A DNA stretch of 64,000 nucleotides from Macrostomum lignano (lineage: Eukaryota). The notes under the pieces are model-generated. The model made no database searches and had not been told where the DNA came from. It worked only from the letters and a program-made list of their open reading frames with translations. This document shows, piece after piece, positions 12,115 through 23,865 of the stretch; the stretch's first letter is position 1; the number at the start of each line of letters is the position of its first letter. The stretch lies in NCBI GenBank assembly GCA_002269645.1, contig NIVC01000386.1, positions 434,001 to 498,000 of the forward strand, written 5' to 3'. Position numbers and translations under genes: made by a program.

Positions 12115-13910
12115 TCAGTCAGTCTCGGAGTTGCACAGGTTGCGAAGGCTGTCGAACTGGGACTTGCTGAGCGAGGCGTTCGCGAATCCCCAGCACTGCA
12201 GCCAGCCGCTGTAGTAGGGAGGGCTCGAGCCGAAGCAGTTGCCGATGCGGAGGCAGTCGTAGTACTGGCCGGAGACAGGAATTGCGCCAGTTCTGTACGG
12301 CGCGTCAGTGTTGTACAGGCTCCCGTTCATGTACCACTTGTTCGCGTAGTTCAGGGCGGCTCCATCGAAGCTCACTCCCACCGAGTTGCGTCTCTGGGTG
12401 CCATCAATCGGAAAGACACTCTCCGAGTTGACGTAAGCATATGTGCTTAAGCCGTCCACAAAGTAGTTGATGGAGTAAATACCGCCATTGTTGTTGGCGC
12501 TCCAGTAGCTGACTCTCAGGCTCGAGCTGCAGCCGCTGAACGAGCTCAAGCAGCTCCCCCTGCATTGGGAGATGCGAATTTGGTTGAAACGAGTGCTCAA
12601 ACTCGAACGACAAAAACAGCTGGCAATTCTTACGTGCCGTTGACAGCAAAAGTTCCTTGAAAGAAGAGACTGAAACTTTTTCCGGCTTTGAAATTCTCAA
12701 AATAGTTGGATGTGTTAATCTTGATGTAGGAGCCGGAAGTGCCGCTAAGACGAACTCCTTCGGCTGAGTTCTGCTCCGCCACACCGAATGGAGTCGCTGG
12801 GAAGCTCGTTGGGTCAGCCAGGTTTGTGTAGCCCTTCTTAAAGTCGTACCAGAGCAGCAGGCTTGAAGAGATGCTCAGAGCCGCAATGCCAGATGGAGTT
12901 GCAGGCGTGGAGACGGAATCGGTGGTAGGAGGTTCAGTGCCGGCAGCTGGCGTTGGAGCAGCTGAGAAATGGCAGAGTTGGCTTTTGTCAACTCCAGCAT
13001 CCAAAATTCGAATGTCTAAGGACTACGCTACCAGTATCCAATATCCGAAGGTCTAAGGACTAAGCTACCAGTATCTAATATCCGAAGGTCTAAGGACTAA
13101 GCTACCAGTATCCAATATCCGAACGTCTAAGGACTAAGCTACCAGTATCCGATATCCGAACGTCTAAGGACTAAGATACCAGTATCCAACATCCGAAGGT
13201 CTAAGGACTAAGCTACCAGTATCTAATATCCGAAGGTCTAAGGACTAAGCTACCAGTATCCAATATCCGAACGTCTAAGGACTAAGCTACCAGTATCCGA
13301 TATCCGAACGTCTAAGGACTAAGATACCAGTATCCAACATCCGAAGGTCTAAGGACTAAGCTATTGATACTAGTATCCAATATCCGAAGGTCTAAGGACA
13401 AAGCTACCAGTATCCAACATCCGAAGGTCTAAGGACTAAGCTATTGATACTAGTATCCAATATCCGAAGGTCTAAGGACTAAGCTACCAGTATCCAATAT
13501 CCGAAGATCTAAGGACTAAGCTACCAGTATCCAATATCCGAAGGTCTAAGGACAAAGCTACCAGTTTCCAACATCTGAAGCTCTCAGTTCTCACTGGGTG
13601 CCGCCGAAATCTTCCGTCGCGCGATCATTCTGGGTTAGCAATGTCCCGCTGATGGCGTTTCCTCAGGCAGGCTGTAGCAGGCCTTGCTGTCCGTCAGGTA
13701 CACAGACAGCTGGCAAGTGGGGTTCAGGGTGCAGCGGAGCAAGCACTCGGTCTCCAGGGCAGCAGTCGCAGATGCCAGCTCAGGCAGCGCAGAGGGGCAG
13801 CTGCCGTCAGCCAGCTCATACACTGCAGAACACTGTTGGCAAGCCGACGCTGCATGACACAGAGGCAAAATTATGCCAATTATTGTAGCAGAAAATTTTA
13901 TAATCATCAT
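12115..13910 (-). CDS. Secreted PAN/apple-like plus Ser/Thr linker plus LamG/concanavalin-like protein, paralog A (3 exons; in-frame TAA at 13635-13637)
   Basis: Exons 13910-13595, 12961-12634 and 12559-12115 with GT/AG sites and consistent phases (1, 2). Hydrophobic N-terminus, CxxC..ECLLRCTLNPTCQLSVY..CY, LLWYDF..GVRLSGTSGSYI..WYMNG..LRIGN..YSGWLQCWGF. Colinear with 54462-55773. Confidence 0.8.
13012..13575. repeat. 37-bp minisatellite filling intron 1 of paralog A
   Basis: Unit tctaaggactaagctaccagtatccaatatccgaagg, about 15 copies. Confidence 0.95.
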
Positions 13911-15501
13911 TAAGGCTTTGGTTGTTGAGTTTCTCGCGGAGTTGCTGCAGTTTCTTACGGCGGATGCTGCCAGAGACTGCCTTATATCCTGATTCTAGCA
14001 GCCAATGAGAGCCAAGGCGGCGGAAGAGCAGAGCAATGTCGAGCTTATCAAGTTTCCTGTCATGTCTTCGATGATAAGAAATCAAGCTTGTGAAAGCCAC
14101 CCCGCTGTACACCCTGAGTGAGCGTGTGCCTGCGCATTTGTCTGTGTGTGCTTAACTGCCTCCTCGCTGGCTGCATTTTCTGCAGTTTACAAAAGCAGCA
14201 AGCTGACTGCGGCTCTGTAGCTTGCTTTTTTCACTAAATGTATTTAAATATTCCTGTGTGAACAACTGAACAGCCTCGCTGAGTGCGGTCAGAATCGGTC
14301 ACAATGGTCTCAGTATGCACAACATAAGCAGAAGGAAGCTGCACTCGATTTTCTGAGAAATGAGCCGGACACAGATTTGTCGTATCTCGAGCGCAGTCCG
14401 TATCTCTCGGATTCGTCTGTGGCAAAACCCCATACAGTGCAATCCGTTCTCTCGAGAGTCACTGGGAAGACATTTATAATTTCGTATGAGGTGTAGTTCA
14501 GCCATCGCACCTTTGAATCACACCGGGCCGGACCTGCATGCCAGACAGACTGCTCCGGTGAGTCTTCCATCCGGGATATGGAGAGCAGACTCAATGGCAG
14601 CTGCAGACAAGCAAGCGTGGCAGACGTGCTGCTGTAAAAAATGTTTTACTGCAAATTTACCGTGACGATTTTGAGCCCAAAGCCAATATTTGGCTCTGTG
14701 TATCTTGTAACTAAGGGTGTAACTAAGGGCGCTGTTGAGGAGCTGCGACGGGAGAAAAAATTTGCTCAACTGAATCGTAGCTCGCCTCAGCGCTTCTATA
14801 GCAAGCAGAAGCTCAGTGGGGAATGGAAATGTTTCGTGTAAGATGTTAAGCAGTTTTTTTGAGAAGCCCACTTGAATCACCTGCCTTCTTATTTGACTTC
14901 TCCACTTGGGAGCACCCACGGTCTCAGGAGTTCTCAAGTATACTCTTGATAGCGAGTGACATGATAGGGTTAGTCAAGACAAGAAATGAGATAATGCTAT
15001 ACTCGGCAACATCGAAAAGTTGCCATCACAGAAAATTCCGTCTGTGGTCGCCACTTTTGAGAGCGCAGGTATAAAGTCTCTCAATCTTTTCCAGCGACGC
15101 AACTCAGCTACGCCCCGGCATACAGGAGTTGAGGAATGAAGTGGGGGGAGCGATGTGCGAAGATTGGACGGATTAAAGCTACCGCGATCAGTTTTCTTAC
15201 ATATTTTATTTTAGAATAGTCCAAGAGAAATTGCTCACTGGCGCATATAAAGTGGCGACTGTCCGATGTCGCTGAGTATATTAGCTGAGGCAGTAGTGCT
15301 GAATTGTAGAAGTGAGAAGAAAGGTGCTCACTTGAGAGCTTGGCTGACTCTATTCATTAGTTTGCAAAGAGATGGTGGATGCAGAAAAAGCGCGCATGGG
15401 GTGGTTGGGTTGAATTAAAGTTCAATTCAAGTGCTGCGGTAGGCCATCAGCAGTCGGTGGAGTTGCTCATTGGAGTGGCCCGCGCTCACTCAGATGCCGC
15501 T

Positions 15502-15792
15502 TCAGCACCTGGGCAAAGCGCTCCGCCTGGCCCTTGGTCGCCGTGTGGAATAGCGTGAGATGTGCCGGATGCCGTTGGACCTGACGAACTCAGCGAACTC
15601 GGCTGGAGCGAATTGAAGCCCGTTGTCCGACACCAAAGTCCTCGGTAGGCCGAGACGAGAGAAGACTTCTCGCAGGCAGTTGATCGCCCTGCTCATCCTG
15701 TGCACCTCTGGCCACTTGCTGTGCGCGTCGACCTGGACCAAGGTCCACGGGTCCCCCGAAGTCGAAGTGTAACCGCTCCCAACAAGGCTCAA
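15502..15792 (-). mobile_element. Ty3/Gypsy LTR-retrotransposon integrase relic
   Basis: VDAHSKWPEV..INCLREVFSRLGLPRTLVSDNGLQF..EFAEFVRSNGIRHI is a typical Gypsy rve motif series; degenerate. Confidence 0.85.
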
Positions 15793-15821
15793 TCGGGGAA
15801 ACTACCTACCTTTGCTTGATG

Positions 15822-15920
15822 GGGCGGAAAGCATCCTAGCCACCTGACCGCTCATCACGCAGCCCAGAATCCCCCCAGACTCCTAATTGGAGAGCCCGCC
15901 AGTCCGCTTACCTACCTACG
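15822..15920 (+). repeat. Third, diverged copy of the roughly 100-bp element at 6545-6660 and 8133-8250
   Basis: gcttgatggggc.gaaagca.cctagccacctg...atcacgca...cccagactcctaattggagagcccgcc followed by a (tacc)n tail in all three copies. Confidence 0.75.
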
Positions 15921-16857
15921 ACCTACCGTCCTACCTGGGGCAACCTGCCTACAATCTAGGGGCACCTTATTGCTATGCACCTGTCGAAGGCGCTGGGCAT
16001 TCGGCACACACGGCTTGCGCCGTCACCGATTGCAACTGACAGTTTGAGCTGTTAACCTGGGCGGCGGCTCAGGGCCAAAGAAGAGCACGCAGGTCCGCGT
16101 GGAGTGCGCCTAACCCTGCGCTGGAAATCGAGAAGCGACTAAGAAAATGCAGCCACGACCAAGATCGGCCTCGTCATGGACGTTTCAGCAGCCGCTGGCA
16201 AAAGCTCTGGGTGCAAGTGTTCCAGCCGATTGAGCAGACCAGGAGATCCTAAGGTGCCAGAAGTCAACGAAGACAGCGAATTGAGCTTCGGAAATCGCGT
16301 GTGCGACGTGCTGCGATTGGCACCCTGACTTCGGCGCCTACTGCCAAGTCCCGCACGAGTGGGAAGAAAAGAGGCAACAGAGCACGTCAGGTATGTGGGT
16401 CTCATCGGCGTTTGCAGGTCATGTGTGAAATTCGTTTAACAGGGCCCAGTAGTTTGTTGTGTTTGCATAAGACCTGAATGCTAGTTACCTGATCGCACTA
16501 AGCCGCCAGCCTCTTCTGATACATACCGGACACCTACCCATTGGACAGCCCCCTGACACCCGGTTAGCATATTATTAATATGCATTTCAGACTGGTCGAC
16601 AGCAGCGGCGAGTCGACTGCCATAAACTGCAGACTTAAAGTGACCTTCCCCGACTACTATTACTCACTGAACTTGAACAAGTCCGTACCTAGCGTTTTAG
16701 TTACCCATCCACCTACAGTAATTCTCTATCTAAACCTTTTTGCTAATTTTCTACATTTAAACTTTTTTAATTTATGCATCCTGTTGGCAAGGCGAGTTTT
16801 TCACATCAGCCGATAATTTTTATCAATAAACGCAGATCAAAGCCGAAACTGATAGCC

Positions 16858-17695
16858 TGGGGAACCGGGGAGGGGTAGAGAGAATCGAGGAGGGGATGAA
16901 GGAATCTGGGAAGGGAAGGGGGAATCGGAGAGGGAAAGAGGGAATCGGGGAAAAGAAGAGGGAATTGAGAAGGGGAAAAGGGAATCGGGGAGGGGTAGAG
17001 AGAATCGAGGAGGGGATGAAGGAATCTGGGAAGGGAAGGGGGAATCGGAGAGGGAAAGAGGGAATCGGGGAAAAGAAGAGGGAATTGAGAAGGGGAAAGG
17101 GAATCGGGGAGGGGATGAGGGAATCTGGGAAGGGAAGGGGGAATCGGAGAGGGGAAGAGGGAATCGGGGAAAAGAAGAGGGAATTGGGAAGGGGAAAAGG
17201 GAATCGGGGAGGGGATGAGGGAATTGGGGAGGGGAAAAGGGAATCAGGGAGGGGATGAGGGAATCTGGGAAGGGAAGGGGGAATCGGAGAGGGGAAGAGG
17301 GAATCGGGGAAAAGAAGAGCGAATTGGGAAGGGGAAAAGGGAATCGGGGAGGGGATGAGGGAATTGGGGAGGGGAAAAGGGAATCGGGGAGGGGAAGAGG
17401 GAATCTGGGAAGGGAAGGGGGAATTGGAAAGGGGAAGAGGGAATCGGGGAAAAGAAGAGGGGATCGGGGAAAAGAAGAGGGAATTGGGAAGGGGAAAAGG
17501 GAATCGGGGAGGGGATGAGGGAATTGGGGAGGGGAAAAGGGAATCGGGGAGGGGATGAGGGAATCTGGGAAGGGAAGGGGGAATCGGAGAGGGGAAGAGG
17601 GAATCGGGAAAAGAAGAGGGAATTGGGGAGGGGAAAAGGGAATCGGGGAGGGGAAGAGGGAATCGGGGAGGGGAAAAGGGAATCGGGAGGGGAGA
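16858..17695. repeat. Purine-rich degenerate repeat of about 19-20 bp (gggaatcggggaggggaaaa-like)
   Basis: Almost purely G/A on the + strand. Confidence 0.93.
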
Positions 17696-18005
17696 GAAAT
17701 AATCGCGAAGAGAATAAAAGCCGTCGTTTCTAAACCGCAAGCAGTGACTCAGTTTACAGATAAAGTATTTTATCGGCAAATTTTAATTGCTGGGAGTCCT
17801 CAAGCCTTCGTCACTTAAGAATTTATTATTCGAAGAACAAGCCAACAAAGTGAAAGCAGATTTACAGGTGCTGCAGATTTTTAGCACAGTTTACAAAGCG
17901 CAATACAAGCAAAATTAGTTTGCTTCGTATGAAAATGCGAAAGACAGGAACTCCAAAACACCGATTGAGTCTGGCAAACCCGATTGATGAAGAATGAAGC
18001 TGTGA

Positions 18006-21000
18006 TTACAGCAGCATGTCGGCAAAGTACTGATCGAACTCCTCCTCTCTGAAAGCGGATTTGAAAGGCGAAGAAACTGCAGTGAGAAACCTCGGTTTCC
18101 ACGGCAGAGACCAGCTAACCTGCAGGAATTCCCACCTGCCCCCCCCCCCCCGAGACCAGCTAACCTGCAGGAATTCCCACCTGCCCCCCCCCGAGACCAG
18201 CTAACCTGCAGGCATTCTCACCTGCCCCCCCCCCAGAGACCAGCTAAGCTGCAGGCATTCCACCTGCCCCCCCCCCCAGAGACCAGCTAAGCTGCAGGCA
18301 TTCCCACCTGCCCCCCCCCGAGACCAGCTAAGCTGCAGGCATTCCCACCTGCCCCCCCCCAGAGACCAGCTAAGCTGCAGGCATTCCCACCTGCCCCCCC
18401 CCCAGAGACCAGCTAAGCTGCAGGCATTCCCACCTGCCCCCCCCCCCCCAGAGACCAGCTAAGCTGCAGGCATTCCCACCTTCCCCCCCCTAGAGACCAG
18501 CTAAGCTGCACAAAATCACACCTGGACGCGCCCTCATCTTCCACAGCCGGAGCTGGTTGTCGCCAAATTTCGCTCGCGTCAGCAGCTACCGCGTCTCCGG
18601 GCGGCTCCGCTGCTGCCTGCTGCTGCTCTGCTGCCTGCCGGATGGCGCGGATCCCCGCCAGGACTTCGTCCTCAGCCTCCGTATCGGCGGCTGCGTCAGC
18701 TTCGGCTTTGGCTTGCAGCGGCTGCGTTGCCGACTCGGAAAGACGCTGCCGCTTGGCCTCGCGTCTGCGGTGCCTTCGGGTTCGGCATGCGGCGGGTTAG
18801 GGTGCCGAGGTGATGATGGCGAGGTGATGATGCTGAGGTGATTACACTGAGGTGATGATGCTGAGGTGATGATGCTGAGGTGATGATGCTGAGGTGATGA
18901 TGCTGAGGTGATTACACTGAGGTGATGATGCTGAGGTGATTACACTGAGGTGATGATGCTGAGGTGATTACACTGAGGTGATGATGCTGAGGTGATGATG
19001 CTGAGGTGATTACACTGAGGTGATGATGCTGAGGTGATGATGCTGAGGTGATGATGCTGAGGTGATTACACTGAGGTGATGATGCTGAGGTGATTACACT
19101 GAGGTGATGATGCTGAGGTGATTACACTGAGGTGATGATGCTGAGGTGATTACACTGAGGTGATGATGCTGAGGTGATGATGCTGAGGTGATTACACTGA
19201 GGTGATGATGCTGAGGTGATTACACTGAGGTGATGATGCTGAGGTGATGATGCTGAGGTGATTACACTGAGGTGATAATGGCGAGGTGATGATGCTGAGG
19301 TGATGATGCTGAGGTGATTACACTGAGGTGATAATGGCGAGGTGATGATGCTGAGGTGATGATGCTGAGGTGATGATGCTGAGGTGATGATGCTGAGGTG
19401 ATGATGCTGAGGTGATGATGCTGAGGTGAGGATGCTGAGGTGAGGATGCTGAGGTGAGGATGCTGAGGTGATGATGCTGAGGTGATGAGTTAATTAATTT
19501 AAGGTGATGCTAACCAAAGGTAAAGATTTGAGCAGACTAGTTAATGACGCTAAGCAGCTGCACCTGTCAATCACTCACTTTTTCTTATAGTTGAGCCGTG
19601 CCGAGCAGTCCGGGCAGAGGCGCAGCTTCACCAGCGCATTTTTTGTTTCTCCGCCCTCGGTGTAGCGAAAGTTCACCTCCCAGCTGACCAGGCCGTCAGC
19701 CTGCGGACGGTTAAAATTAGTTCCAATGATTACAGCTAGCTTCCATGATGATGAAGAAACAAAAAGGCTGGGATGGGGGGTCGATTTCACAAGCCCGAAA
19801 CTTCCTATCGTGGAATTCGAGTTGAGTTAACAAAAAATGACAGCAGTACACATGACCAGAGGTGAGGATGCTGAGGTGAGGATGCCCTAGTGAGGATGTT
19901 GAGGTGAGGATGCTGAGGTGAGGATGCTGAGGTGAGGATATTGAGGTGAAGATGCTGGGGTGAGGATGCTGAGGTGAGGATGCTGAGGTGAAGATGCTGA
20001 GGTGAGGATGCTGAGGTGAGGATATTGACGTGAAGATGCTGAGGTGAGGATGCTGAGGTGAGGATGCTGAGGTGAGGATGCTGAGGTGAGGATGCTGAGG
20101 TGAGGATGCTGAGGTGAGGATGCTGAGGTGAAGATGCTGAGGTGAGGATGCTGAGGTGAGGATACTGAGGTGAAGATGCCCTAGTGAGGATGCTGAGATG
20201 AGGATGCTGAGGTGAGGATGCCCTAGTGATGATGCTGGGAGGGTGCTAAGGTAGGGATTCTGAGGTGGTCTTAACCACAGCTGTGAGCAGCCTCATAGCG
20301 AGGCACTCACCTGCTCGCAGCGCTTCCCGCCGCAGGCGAACTGCCCCCTGCCGGACAGAACCTCAGCCTCTGTGCGCCATCGCAGGCCGACCCGGCCCTC
20401 CTTGTAGCCCCTCAGGTCGGCAATGCAGTACTCCTTGTACAGCTTGTCCCAGTAGCGCTTGGCGAGCCGCTGCTCCCAGCTACCGGCCTCCTCGGAGCCG
20501 CCGTCCCACACGAACCGGTGGTGCTCCCTGATGATGTCGATGTCTCGCTTGTCGCGCGAGGCGTCCCTTTTGAAGTCAGCGTAGCTGCCGCCGAAGTACC
20601 TGGAAATTGGATGGCGCAGATGGGGCTTTTGATCTAAGCTCCGTGCATGGACCTGTGCTCACCGGAGCCGCGCCTGCGACACCAGCCGAAACCCGAATCC
20701 CGATTGGACGATTGGCTTTGATTTTGAAGATAAGGGAGGGTTGTGACACCCGATTTTGAGGATAAGGGAGGGTTGTGACACCCGATTTTGAGGATAAGGG
20801 AGGGTTGTGACACCCGATTTTGAGGATAAGGGAGGGTTGTGACACCCGATTTTGAGGATAAGGGAGGGTGCTGACACCCGATTTTGAGGATAAGGGAGGG
20901 TGCTGACACCCGATTTTGAGGATAAGGGAGGGTTGTGACACCCGATTTTGAGGATAAGGGAGGGTGCTGACACCCGATTTTGAGGATAAGGGAGGGTTGT

Positions 21001-21921
21001 GACACCCGATTTTGAGGATAAGGGAGGGTTGTGACACCCGATTTTGAGGATAAGGGAGGGTGCTGACACCCGATTTTGAGGATAAGGGAGGGTGCTGACA
21101 CCCGATTTTGAGGATAAGGGAGGGTTGTGACACCCGATTTTGAGGATAAGGGAGGGTGCTGACACCCGATTTTGAGGATAAGGGAGGGTTGTGACACCCG
21201 ATTTTGAGGATAAGGGAGGGTTGTGACACCCGATTTTGAGGATAAGGGAGGGTGCTGACACCCGATTTTGAGGATAAGGGAGGGTGCTGACACCCGATTT
21301 TGAGGATAAGGGAGGGTTGTGACACCCGATTTTGAGGATAAGGGAGGGTGCTGACACCCGATTTTGAGGATAAGGGAGGGTTGTGACACCCGATTTTGAG
21401 GATAAGGGAGGGTTGTGACACCCGATTTTGAGGATAAGGGAGAGTGCTGACACCCGAGTTGAAGACAAGGGAGGCAAAGCTGCTGATTACTGCGAGCTTA
21501 GTCAATTACCAGTGGGCTATGCAAGTTAAGCAGAGATGGCTACGGTTAGTACGCAGCTGAATAGGCTGCTTGTTTACCAGCATGCGGACGGCTACCTGAT
21601 GTAGTTGTTCACCAGCATCTTGTGCCTCGAATAGGCGTCCATCGCCAGCAGCTGCTGCCTCCGAGCGCCGGCCTCTTCTCGACAGGCACCGTCGGCGACT
21701 GCCACGCCGCCGCTCCGCCGCGGTGCACCAAAACCGGATGTTGACGAGGCAGCAGCCGCCCTTGCCTCATCGCGGGGACGCGAGCGCTTCCGGTTGGACA
21801 CCGAAGCGAGCCGCACGGAGGCGGCGTCCTCCGAGGCCGCCTGGCTGACGGAGTCCTCGAAACCGAAGTCCGACTGCCAGTCATCGGGCCCGACGTCGTT
21901 CGCCGTTGGCAACGGCTCGGC
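18006..21921 (-). CDS. FRA10AC1: Protein FRA10AC1 homolog (spliceosome-associated), 5 exons; start codon not genomically evident
   Basis: Exons 21921-21596, 20599-20311, 19700-19579, 18773-18522 and 18048-18006, all GT-AG with consistent phases (1032 nt). Motifs REEA..R..LLAMDAYSRH..VNNYIRYFGG, HRFVWD, WEQRLAKRYWDKLYKEYCIADL, GLRWRTEAEVLSGRGQFACG, SWEVNF..KNALVKLRLCPDCS and EEEFDQYFADMLL*. Confidence 0.95.
18105..18505. repeat. 41-45-bp minisatellite in FRA10AC1 intron 4
   Basis: Unit gagaccagctaagctgcaggcattcccacctg(c)n, about 9 copies. Confidence 0.95.
18805..19490. repeat. 14-bp minisatellite in FRA10AC1 intron 3
   Basis: Interleaved gaggtgatgatgct and gaggtgattacact units. Confidence 0.95.
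19858..20240. repeat. 14-bp minisatellite in FRA10AC1 intron 2
   Basis: gaggtgaggatgct units, related to the intron 3 array. Confidence 0.95.
20722..21460. repeat. 32-bp minisatellite in FRA10AC1 intron 1
   Basis: gataagggagggttgtgacacccgattttgag with a tgct variant, about 23 copies. Confidence 0.97.
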
Positions 21922-21940
21922 CTGCGAAGTGGGTTGGGGA
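21922..21940 (-). promoter_or_regulatory. Unpaired 3' splice acceptor (putative SL trans-splice site) of FRA10AC1
   Basis: Sense strand ...cccctccccaacccacttcgcag|GCC GAG CCG; no convincing upstream coding exon or donor between it and the preceding gene's polyA signal. Confidence 0.6.
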
Positions 21941-22925
21941 GGGGCGGAACCTGTGGCTGAGGAGGAGCGCAACGGCTGGGGACGAGCGGAACCTGTGGCT
22001 GGGAGGGGCGGAGCCTGTGGCTGGGGCGGAACCTGTGGATGGGGGCGGAACCTGTGGCTGAGGGCGGAACCTGTGGCTGAGGGCGGAACCTGTGGCTGGG
22101 GGCGGAACCTGTGGCTGGGGAGGGGGGAATGTTGACTGGGGGCGGAACCTGTGGCTGGGGGCGGAACCTGTCGCTGGGGCGGAACCTGTGGCTGGGGAGG
22201 GGCGGAATGGTGACTGGGGGCGGAACCTGTGGCTGGGGAGGGGCGGAACGGTGGCTGGGGGCGGAACCTGTGGCTGGGGGCGGAACCTGTGGCTGGGGCG
22301 GAACCTGTGGCTGGGGCGGAATGGTGGCTGGGGGCGGAACCTGTGGCTGGGGAGGGGCGGAATGGTGACTGGGGGCGGAACCTGTGGCTGGGGCGGAACC
22401 TGTGGCTGGGGAGGGGCGGAATGGTGACTGGGGGCGGAACCTGTGGCTGGGGGCGGAACCTGTGGCTGGGGGCGGAACCTGTGGCTGGGTTCGGAACCTG
22501 TGGCTGGGGGCGGAACCTGTGGCTGGGGGCGGAACCTGTGACTGGGGGCGGAACGGTGACTCGGGGCGGAACCTGTGGCTGGGGGCGGAACCTGTGGCTG
22601 GGGGTGGAACCTGTGGCTGGGGGCGGAACCTGTGACTGGGGCGGAACGGTGACTCGGGGCGGAACCTGTGGCTGGGGGCGGAACCTGTGGCTGGGGAGGG
22701 GCGGAACGGTGATTGTGGCGGAACCTGTGGCTGGGGGCGAAAACTGTGGCTGGGGAGGGGCGGAACGGTGACTGGGGGCGGAACCTGTGGCTGGGGGCGG
22801 AACCTGTGGCTGGGGGCGGAACCTGTGGCTGGGGTGGAACCTGTGGCTGGGGTGGAACCTGTGGCTGGGGGTGGAACCTGTGGCTGGGGTGGAACCTGTG
22901 GCTGGGGGCGGAACCTGTGATTGAG
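21935..22925. repeat. G-rich minisatellite of about 19-20 bp (ggggcggaacctgtggctg) in the zinc-finger/FRA10AC1 spacer
   Basis: Direct tandem array with composite variants. Confidence 0.95.
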
Positions 22926-23070
22926 GAGGGGTGGACAAGAAAAACAAGTGGCTATATTTTTCATAAAAAGTGCCATTACAGCAACATATAAAATGAGCAG
23001 AGCCAACAGAAATCACAAAGCCAAACATGCCAATTCGGGTCAGATTCAGACTCAGATGAGTGCAGCAGTT

Positions 23071-23076
23071 TTTATT
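23071..23076 (-). terminator. Putative AATAAA polyadenylation signal of the zinc-finger gene
   Basis: tttatt on the + strand, about 800 nt past the stop at 23866 in AT-rich UTR-like sequence. Comparable signals lie at 33457-33462 (NDUFB9) and 17822-17827 (FRA10AC1). Confidence 0.5.
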
Positions 23077-23207
23077 ATTTTTATCAACAAATACAGGCAG
23101 CAAAATGCAATCCAAATATGGTTCAAAGCACACAGAGCGGAGAGTCAGAAAAGCTACGAGCTGCTCATTGATTGCTTCGTAGAAACCGTGCATGGGATGA
23201 AACTGAC

Positions 23208-23705
23208 GGGCGAATGACTGAGTGGTGCCGGGGCAAATGACTGAGTGGTGCCGGGGCGAATGACTGAGTGGTGCCCGAGCGAATGACTGAGTGGTGCCGA
23301 GCGAATGGCTGAGTGTGCCGAGCAAATGGCTGAGTGTGCCGAGCGAATGACTGAGTGGTGACGGGGCGAATGACTGAGTGGTGCCGGGGCGAATGACTGA
23401 GTGGTGCCGAGCGAATGACTGAGTGGTGACGGGGCAAATGACTGAGTGGTGCCGAGCGAATGACTGAGTGGTGACGGGGCAAATGACTGAGTGGTGACGG
23501 GGCGAATGACTGAGTGGTGCCGAGCGAATGACTGAGTGGTGACGGGGCAAATGACTGAGTGGTGCCGAGCGAATGACTGAGTGGTGACGGGGCAAATGAC
23601 TGAGTGGTGACGGGGCAAATGACTGAGTGGTGACGGGGCAAATGACTGAGTGGTGACGGGGCAAATGACTGAGTGGTGCCGGGGCGAATGACTGAGTGGT
23701 GCCGG
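23208..23705. repeat. Minisatellite of about 23 bp (aatgactgagtggtgacggggc-like)
   Basis: About 21 tandem copies within the putative 3' UTR. Confidence 0.95.
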
Positions 23706-23865
23706 GAGAACTGGAGCAGAGTGCAAAAGTACAGGACTGACAGGCTAATAACAGAGCATTCCTTGGCCTCGGCTGTTCGACAATCGAAAACAAAAAGAAG
23801 CGCAATACAAATAAGTTATAAATTAAATGTTAATTTTATGATTGGATGAGCTGCTTTGCTAACTG

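Noticed and set aside
14820-15100. Possible MULE transposase fragment (IFCDGNFSMLP on the minus strand)
   Set aside because: A single weak motif amid stops is not enough to call.
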